Shown: positions 47,417-55,540 of the stretch, one piece after another
Layout of the letters: every line of letters begins with the position of its first letter
Numbering within the stretch: the first letter of the stretch is position 1
NCBI GenBank assembly: GCA_003614675.1
Contig: ML002258.1
Span: 1-55,540, forward strand
Direction: 5' to 3'
DNA length: 55,540 bases
Source of the DNA: Dimargaris cristalligena
Lineage: Eukaryota
Position numbers and translations under genes: made by a program
The notes under the pieces: generated by a model
Told to the model about the DNA's origin: nothing
The model's input: only the letters and a program-made list of their open reading frames with translations
The model's database searches: none

Positions 47417-49903
47417 ATGACCCAACTTATTATAACCCAGGAGCTACAGAATGCGGTACGTGGCATTTACCAATGGCCTGCATTATATATATTTTGCTTC
47501 GCTCTTTATAACTAAAGAAGGCTCACATTCCAAGCCCATTGCCAAGGGTGGAACCATGGACTACGTTGGGTTTCTTCGTTAAGACCAATAAGTATCCCGT
47601 ACGCCTAATAATCCACCCATGACTATTCTGTATTTGACTTCGGGTGTACGCGCCCTCTTCCACACACACACACCTACACTTTCATCATCTCTGCCTAAAA
47701 TAGAAAAATGAGGAGGCCTGGTATCTAAACACCCAGGTGCCTACCATTATCGACGAGGCCAAAGTACAGATCCAACTGGTAGGTTAGAGCACACTCCGGT
47801 ATATCCATATGTGAGGGGAGGGGGTGGTAGCCCATTGCCTGAACCACACATACTTCCCGGGATGAATTTCCAACTGATCCAATGGGGAGATTTCAAGTAT
47901 CTAATTTTTTGCCTAACAGCTATATCATTAAATACATGTATACCACCACCACCACCACCACCACCCAACTTCTACATTTTTACTTGTTTGGACATGCGTG
48001 TAGGCTTTACTGGCCTTGGGCGATTCTCCGTTAGGTAAGCCTTGCTCGGCATTTGTTTAGAAAAATACCCTCAGCGATACCCCTGGTAACCTCCGTGAAT
48101 TGGCGGATATAATGGAAGCAGACCTATAAAGAAGGAGGTAGAAGATGTGGTTCAGGACGGCCCGCCCCAACCGTGGCTGTATTTCCCCCTAACAATTCGG
48201 CGGATATTCGCCATGAAAAGACAACCCGACTCGTGCCTTCAAAATGCAACGGAGGCCACTCAGCTATAGCCTATTACCTAATTCCCTGTATAATGCCTAT
48301 TTGAAAAACCCAAAAAAATCCCCCAACCAGATAACGATAAAGAGTCCGCCGCCGGCTCAACCCTGGCCATTTCGTCGCCGAGGTAACCCCACAGATAACC
48401 ATCATCGATTTGGGTTAGGCCAATGGATGGGTTACGATCTCCTTCTTTCGTTGTCCTCCTCCACTGCTAATCAAACCAATTTGTCTTCCTGGCTGAATTA
48501 GTTAACCACTACACTGGAATGTGTAGTGGTGGTAATACGCTCTTGTCTATTCAATCTGATTTCACTAATTTTCCAATTGTTATCTATTTCAACCGTATCT
48601 ATCCACAGCAATGATAGCATCAAGGGGTTTGTGTCCATCTTTGGCAGCCAAATAACCAAGGGGGTAAGCTGAATAATCTTTTATTTAATCTATACCGTTC
48701 GCATGGACCCGGATAGGAAGTTGTACGTGTCTGCCCCGGATTCGTGGACCCTAACCTTCAAGTCTTGTCTTTATTTTTATTTTTTACCTCACCTACATAT
48801 TTATCATTGGGCCCGCCACCCTTTAGGAACTTCATTTTTCGATCCCGCGATACCATAAAGGTCGACCAATTGTCACCCGGATTACCCCCCAGCACCCGGT
48901 TGTACTCCATCAGGTAAATGCCACTTGGGTTCACTGCTGTTTCATACCCCCCCTCTCTCCTTCCCGCGCCTTCAATTTTTACACAAACCAGTAGAGCTTT
49001 TCACTAGTCACCAATTTTAATACGATTCCTAGGCCAATTATTTGTCATGGGTGGAGGAGCCAATGATGCTTTAGGATATTGCTGGTGGTGCTGGTTTTTG
49101 ATTGGAAACTTCGGAATATAATTATTGCTAATACTTTTTCCATGGTTATTCTTCCCATGTTGCGGCGGCCCGTGCTTAGATCCAAAACATCGTCAACTAC
49201 TTACATCTAGCTTTGCGACACGTGGAATCCAGCGCCAGTCCGACTGGTAGTGTGCAGGCTATTGAATATTTCGGAGACTTACTTGGACTAATTAAAAAGG
49301 CCGAATGTATATTCACACCCGACCACTCGGCCGGCATCCAATACCCGGTCAAGGTAAAGTAGTTCATCGCCATCTGGGGGCTTTAATTGTGTTTCTAGGC
49401 TAGTTGCATACCTTTTTATTAAATAACCCTACAAAAAAAAAGTAGCACAATCCAATCAACACGCCTCCCGCTATAACCCAATATATATCACACACACACA
49501 TATACATACATACCTCTTTTCCTGCGCAATGCAATAGGACTTGGACCCACCGCTCCCGGATGATCTAGTGCTTGAATTATACATCAATCGCGTCAGTGTG
49601 ACCACTCGTGTTCACGTGCTGGACGACCTTAATTCGTCGTCGTCGTCGTCCACCACTAAACCCATCGGTCATTTATTCCCGGTGCTCGGGAAATCCGCGT
49701 CGGCCAAATCATCGTTAGCCGATGCCCACCTATTATGCCCCGGGACGCTGCACCAAGCCTCCCTGGAAACGATTTACCCCTACCTAGAGACGGCCCAGAC
49801 GGCCCTGGGCAAAGTAGGATTTCTGGCCCGTGACGTCCTAACTAAACTGAATCTCTTCCGGGGCATAGACGAGGAGATTCAGGATTTCTTGTCGTACGCC
49901 TAA
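47417..49903 (+). CDS. RAV2: RAVE complex subunit 2 / Rogdi-family protein, 8 exons (47417-47455, 47704-47778, 48004-48034, 48331-48382, 48609-48663, 48827-48913, 49180-49353, 49538-49903), 292 aa
   Basis: Spliced translation ...NEEAWYLNTQVPTII...STLAISSPSNDSIKGFVSIFGSQITKG|ELHFSIP...PVVLHQ|IQNIVNYL...|DLDPPLPDDLVLELYIN matches Rav2/Rogdi motifs (TLxLSS..SxxxKGFVT..G..IxKG; PxLPxDL). Seven GT-AG introns sum to an 879-nt open frame. Confidence 0.85.
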
Positions 49904-52900
49904 TATATGCCCTACATAAGGAATAGGGGAATCGTCCCCCCCCCCTCCGCCCCGCCATTCACTAAACGGGTATAGTTTACCCGGGGCGGTTGGTTTGTCG
50001 AAGCGAATGAAGAAGTCAATAAAGAAAAGGAAGGCCCGATGGTTACTGTTCAAACTAATATCATGTGAAGGCGGAATTGTTCAGGCGGGGGGGGGGGGTG
50101 GCTTGCATTGTACGGGATTCCAAGGACAAAGTCCAGCGCTGAGCCGAATCCGGGGGCAAAAGGGTTCAGGGCTTGCGCGAATGGGGAACATGAGGGAGGG
50201 AAGGGGGGAGGTCTGTTGAATTGGTGGGCGGCTTCTGCATCCACTGCACCTCTATTAACGGCAATAGGGTATATAACTAACGAACTAACCAACACATTAA
50301 CTAATTGGGTGGCCGATTTTAGTGGGATTTTTACATCCCTCATTAATCTCCCCATCCCTTGTCAGAAGAAGTACTTTGATGAGCATGGAACCCAGGATTA
50401 ACCAGGGATCATATTTATATAGTAGCAATACAGTCCAGAAGTGAAGAGCGCCGCCGCACTTGCGCGTTACGATAAGCTAATCCGACCGATACGATCAAGT
50501 CGCCTGGAGGAGGTGGTCCTCGCTTCCCGAATCCGATGGGCGACTTCCATTGCCTTTGATGAATACGGCGGCGGTGTTGGACACATAGCATTGCTTGTTG
50601 GTAGCCTTCCGTTTACACTCTGACCAATATTCCCGATAATAACGATCCGCCTGATGGTGATAAGCCGCCGCCGATTGTATCAAAGTCAGTGGGAGAGGGA
50701 GGCCATCCCAACCCATCCCGTCGTCGTCCACTAAATAATGGACAATAAGAATAGAGTCCACTCTGCCAGCGTTTATCCATCTGTAAAAATCACCGCGGGC
50801 TGATGATGTTCGCGATTGACTCATTGCTACGACGTTGACCCCAAACCAGGTTAATTTTCCTATTAACGATTCGTGGAAACACCTCCCCCCTTATTGCATC
50901 GGCTCTATAGTTTACCCGGATGGATGATAAATACGCCTCATTGTTAACCAGAGCAGGAGAGAGAGTGGTGGAGAAAATGCCCTAAGAGGTCGCGGCCCAA
51001 TAATGAGCCAACCAATCCTTGGGTCTGTTGGTTTCAGAAATTGCTTTGGTTCATTTTTGGCCGACTCCACACAGAGCTTCCCCCCTTTCTCCCATACATA
51101 TTACATGTGGGGAAACATACACACACCTCTCACAAAACATCCCCCGGATAAGAGAAATGACGAGAATGGGGAAGCCTTTCCTTCCGCCCAACTGGCTGGC
51201 TCAACATATAGGCGACCATTTCCCACCCACTTGCTTTTAAATACTCTCTCCGGCTGTGTTATTTCATCTCCATTTAACTTAACTCCCACTCGCAGTCCTT
51301 CTTCTTACAAACTGATAACAGGAGAGGTCCACCAATATAACCCCTCCTTAGTCTACTGTACTGAAACAACAATACAGAGATAGATAGGTAGTAGCCGGGT
51401 TACTATCGGCACACCATGCCAGTGTAATTTGCAATGTCTCCTCTATTGATAAAACACATCAGTTTACCCCACGGCAAGTGGATATCGTTATCCCCCGTGG
51501 AATAAGAAGCAACTGTTCTGTTCACATTCACCAACTCGAGACATCGTAATAGTATACCGATTTCCACAAATGGGAAGAAAGGGTGAAGAACGCAGCTCCC
51601 CTCCTCGCCACATTGATACATTTATTATTCATACACCTACCTTACCTACCTACCTAATCCCCAGCGAGCTCATCAGCCCCCAGTGGTTCACATGGCTACT
51701 AATATTAGCCCCTTAAATAGTTGCAATATCATTATTAATGGCTTCTATTATCAATATTATCAATAGTATTTCAATTATATTGGTTTTAGCCTAAAGCCGA
51801 AATGATCCGACAATGAGTTCAGTCGGGGTCGGCAAAATCAGGGATGACGCGACGATCTCTTTTATTGGAGAAATCAGGGCGAAGGTGCACTTGGTTTAGA
51901 ATACACTAATGGCGCCAATCCAAGTGTCAGTGGGAAATATCTACAAATTGACACACACTGTATATACCCTATTATTCGTTTTAATATATATATATATATA
52001 TATGTGTGTATGTGTTTATAGGAGGAGCGAATAATAGAGTCCCGGGCTCGGCACTTCTCTGGGATTAAAGTGAGGGTTTATGACGATAATCTATTGAGGA
52101 GGGACATTATAATACTATTGGGGTGTATAGAGGAGAGGAAAGGAGAGGAGAGGAGCTGGTAAATGATTGGAGAAACATTAATGGCAACAGGGGAGACTGG
52201 TGTGGTGTGGTGTGGTGATCGTCAATCCTATAAAGCCAGAAACCAATGGACCTCCCAATATGTATATAGGGGAGAGGAGGGCAATCTTCGAATATAGAGA
52301 GACCAGAAATGAGCGGATATCAGGAACTGATCCGACGCTATGTTGTCTTTGACGTCAGAGGTATTGCTTGGATCCTAAAAGGGACAATCCTCTCCCTTCC
52401 TCCACTGCCAGCGATAGACGTTTGGGAAAATATAACACACACAATAATAGTGGGGTGATCCACTACTACTACTATAAACCCCCCTAAAAACAAGTCAATC
52501 CCATATGTCTGTTTTCCATGGATCATAGACCTAAATCTATTAACCCATTGTTTGGATCGCGAACTTTATATTGGGCCCTCTCCTCCTTATTTCCCTCACC
52601 CGACCACATTACACACGTTAGATGTGAGGAGGCGCTGAGTCTAAAAGGAGGGCCCGATGAAACCAAGTGGCCGGTCTCAGGGGTGGACAATTCATGCTTG
52701 TTTTCGGGTATTTGGTCGAAAATGGACCACAACTAGGGTTCCAGAAATAGACCCTTAAAGTAGTACGAGGATAAGCCACACACCACAGAGTGATGTCTCG
52801 ATAGGAATTCACTATATATATATATATATATATATTGGAGGAGGAGGAGTGGGCGGAAATTCTGACAGGGTCCACCGCCGCACACAAATCGAAGACTAAA

Positions 52901-55485
52901 GAATGGGTGGGTGGAGGGACGAAGGAAAGTGGGCTTGACCAAGGCGTCTCTAGTGACCGCTTTTTCTTTCTTTGCCCTCTTCTTCGAAGAAAAGTGTTCA
53001 TCTGTAGATGAAGGGGTAAGTCTAGCTGGCAGTGCCTTTAGAATGTGGCGCCCAGGAGGCGGAGGCAATGGTGGGTGAGCCAATATCCCCTTTAAATCGA
53101 GGAGGAGAGGGATGCTGTCACTCAGCGGGTTTGGCCACTTTATGCCAACGACACGTTGGTGTGGCAGATTGGGCTGAGAGAGCTGGAGATTGACTTTTAA
53201 GGAGTCGGGGATATGTATAATTGTTTTGAATACATACCAGGCGAGCTGGCAAGGATCCCCTAAAATATTCTTATTTTATTTTTGGAGGTTTGGTTTTCCC
53301 AAAGCTGGTGCACCGTTAGGATGGTTGTTGTTGACCATGGGCAGGTAAATAACTCCTTGATTCGGCAGGGGCTAAACACAAGAGGGGGGGCGGAAGCAAG
53401 TCGATGCTGGAGCGGGGTTGCTATATTACGTGTCAGCAGCGCCTTACCCATATTAAAATCGTGGCATGGAACATTCGATAGTGCGCTACGGAGTGCACAG
53501 GGTGTGTCAAGCCTGGTCATGGTAAGGAGAAAAAACAGGAGGATTATGAGGGGGTAGTAGTAGTAGTAGTAGTGCTGTTGTGTACCCATTAATGAATCAT
53601 TGCCATGGGGATAGTATAGATAAAGCAAGAGGATATCTCGGGTATCGAATATTTAAGCGTACCCGGTGTGCCTCAACATAAGGTAGAGGGGGGAGGGGTG
53701 TATGAAGTTAAATGAACACCCCCAAGTACCAGCGTGGTCCCTCTCCCCTTATGACCCATTCCTATATAGCAGGGCCAGTATAATGGAGCGGGGCGGATAG
53801 AGAGACCACTGAAAGCCACATTCCGAGATTACTTGATAAGCCGGTTCTAACCCACCGGTGACTCCATCTAAGGCGTATGGGTGGGGGGAGGTCAGCCTAT
53901 ATTTCCCCACAGTGTTTTTACAAGGACATTTCAAGTGTTACTTGCCAGGTTTTCAACCTTGAAGGAATTGAAAACATGACCACATATATAAAGTTCCCTC
54001 GCGTTCAGTGAGTTTCAAAGGTCAGGCAAGAGTCAGGCATATTTAGATTGGCTACCTTGGTGATAGGTCAGACCTATCCCAAGAACGATTGGTTCGAGGA
54101 AATGGCGATGCTCCCCAGTGTAGACCAATGAAACACCCAGTATTTAACCACGATGGCCTAATATAATTGCCAACTTGAGAGCCGGAAGGGGGCCAATAGA
54201 AGGAATAGTAGGAATTGTGCAAGTTAGGCCGGATTTGGGCTAATAGATACCGAATGGCATGAATTACCTCCATGTGGGAGATATTGGGCCTAAATTTTCC
54301 GATGGTAGAGGCATCCAAAGAGAGGGGAGATGGAGTTAATGCAGGACGTGCAAAGAGAGATTGGAGTGTTGTAGTGGATAAATCCGTCCAAGGCAGCCCA
54401 TAAAACAAAACCAAACAAAAAATAACCGACGACGATTTGGTGGTATTCCAACGGATAGGGCTGAGTGATCGGAGGGAGGGGAAGCCAGCTTTAACCACGG
54501 CTATAACGAGTTGGGATGTACCGGGTCTCGTCCACATTGCACACCTATTTTACGATAACGACGATCCTAGTACCAGCCGTGTTTATCACCCATCTATCGC
54601 CAAGTACAGTGCAATGTGGACGACGGGGTCGGCTATTTTGGCATTGTCAGGTGGTGGTCATTCCAATGACCCTCTGCCCCGAAGGGGGTTTTTCCCGCTC
54701 CATTTGGTTGTATTAGCCTCGACCGGAGGGACAGGCGTGATTCGGCAGCGGAGGGGGGAGGATGGAAAATAGCTGAAGTGGTGCGAACCTCTCCCGCCGG
54801 GCTCAGGCTCAGGTAGACCCGATGAGCGAGTTTCATGATCCGTCATTACAGCAGTAGTTGTAGTTGTAGTTGTTGCTGTGGTGATGGTGATAGAGGTGAT
54901 GATGCTGTCCATCAAAATGAGTGCTGGGGGAGGGAAACGGCAACAGGGTCGATCACTCTGGAGCTGAGCATCATATGCCCATTTTACACTGGTCCATCCC
55001 TGGGATATTCTATTATTATTTTATTAGAATGGATGGCGGTGCTCCACTACCACCTACCCACCCACTGGAAGTAGGACGAGGGTCAGCGGGACTGGAAAGA
55101 ACGTATTAGCTGGGTGAGTGGGGTGGAATGGCATCATTATACCGATTTGTTGGTGTCTTATTTACATCTCCGCCAAGGAACTGCTAATAGTAATAAAATG
55201 CCTAGGAGAGAGAGAGAGGGCGGTCATCAACGATCCGCTTGACCCACTAACTTAGTAACGCGCACACTAATGCGGGGAACAGATAGGCCCGACCGAGGGA
55301 TATAGCAATGGACACGAATCCACAAAGTATTAACCACAACTTGACCATTTCGTCCCCCCGTCATATTCGTATTCGTTTTCGAACGCATGGACTTTGGACC
55401 CTTTTAATTGATTACCGGCCACGTAGGTCCTCGCCAAGGCGGTTAAATGAAACGAGCATGACTCCATTTATGGGTTTGCGTAGTT

Positions 55486-55540
<55 letters not shown>
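55486..55540. repeat. (GTA)n / (TAC)n microsatellite running to the window end
   Basis: About 18 uninterrupted GTA units. Shorter GTA runs occur at ~710, ~45280 and ~53554. Confidence 0.95.

Noticed and set aside
50050-50824. Minus-strand ORFs convergent with RAV2
   Set aside because: Could not build a phase-consistent spliced model or recognise a family.
54052-54915. Minus-strand ORFs near the window end, including an MPFG-like word and a TGA-interrupted frame
   Set aside because: No further reverse-transcriptase motifs and no selenoprotein-like context or SECIS. The poly-Thr derives from simple repeats.

Overview
Eukaryotic, intron-containing fungal DNA; it looks like an early-diverging, Zoopagomycota/Kickxellomycotina-type fungus, but that is an inference and not shown. 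Ten intact housekeeping genes were reconstructed by hand, with exons where present: OPA3-like, ATP3 (F1 gamma), a B-type cyclin, F-actin capping protein alpha, URA2 (CAD-like), carboxypeptidase Y, oligoribonuclease REX2, DED1 helicase, UPS1/PRELI and RAV2/Rogdi. An eleventh gene encodes a 7TM-like membrane protein and appears to carry an in-frame TAA. The most interesting part is 12.4-20.6 kb, around the capping-protein gene. It holds two solo LTR-like copies of one family, three copies of a ~140-bp MITE, a decayed 5' fragment of the mismatch-repair gene PMS1 (MutL) bracketed by two same-orientation MITE copies, and a dead C2H2 zinc-finger gene. Two blocks of about 1.4 and 1.7 kb around the LTRs contain no CpG at all and show CpA/TpG->TpA changes. 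This RIP-like, repeat-centred C->T hypermutation signature spreads into neighbouring genes.
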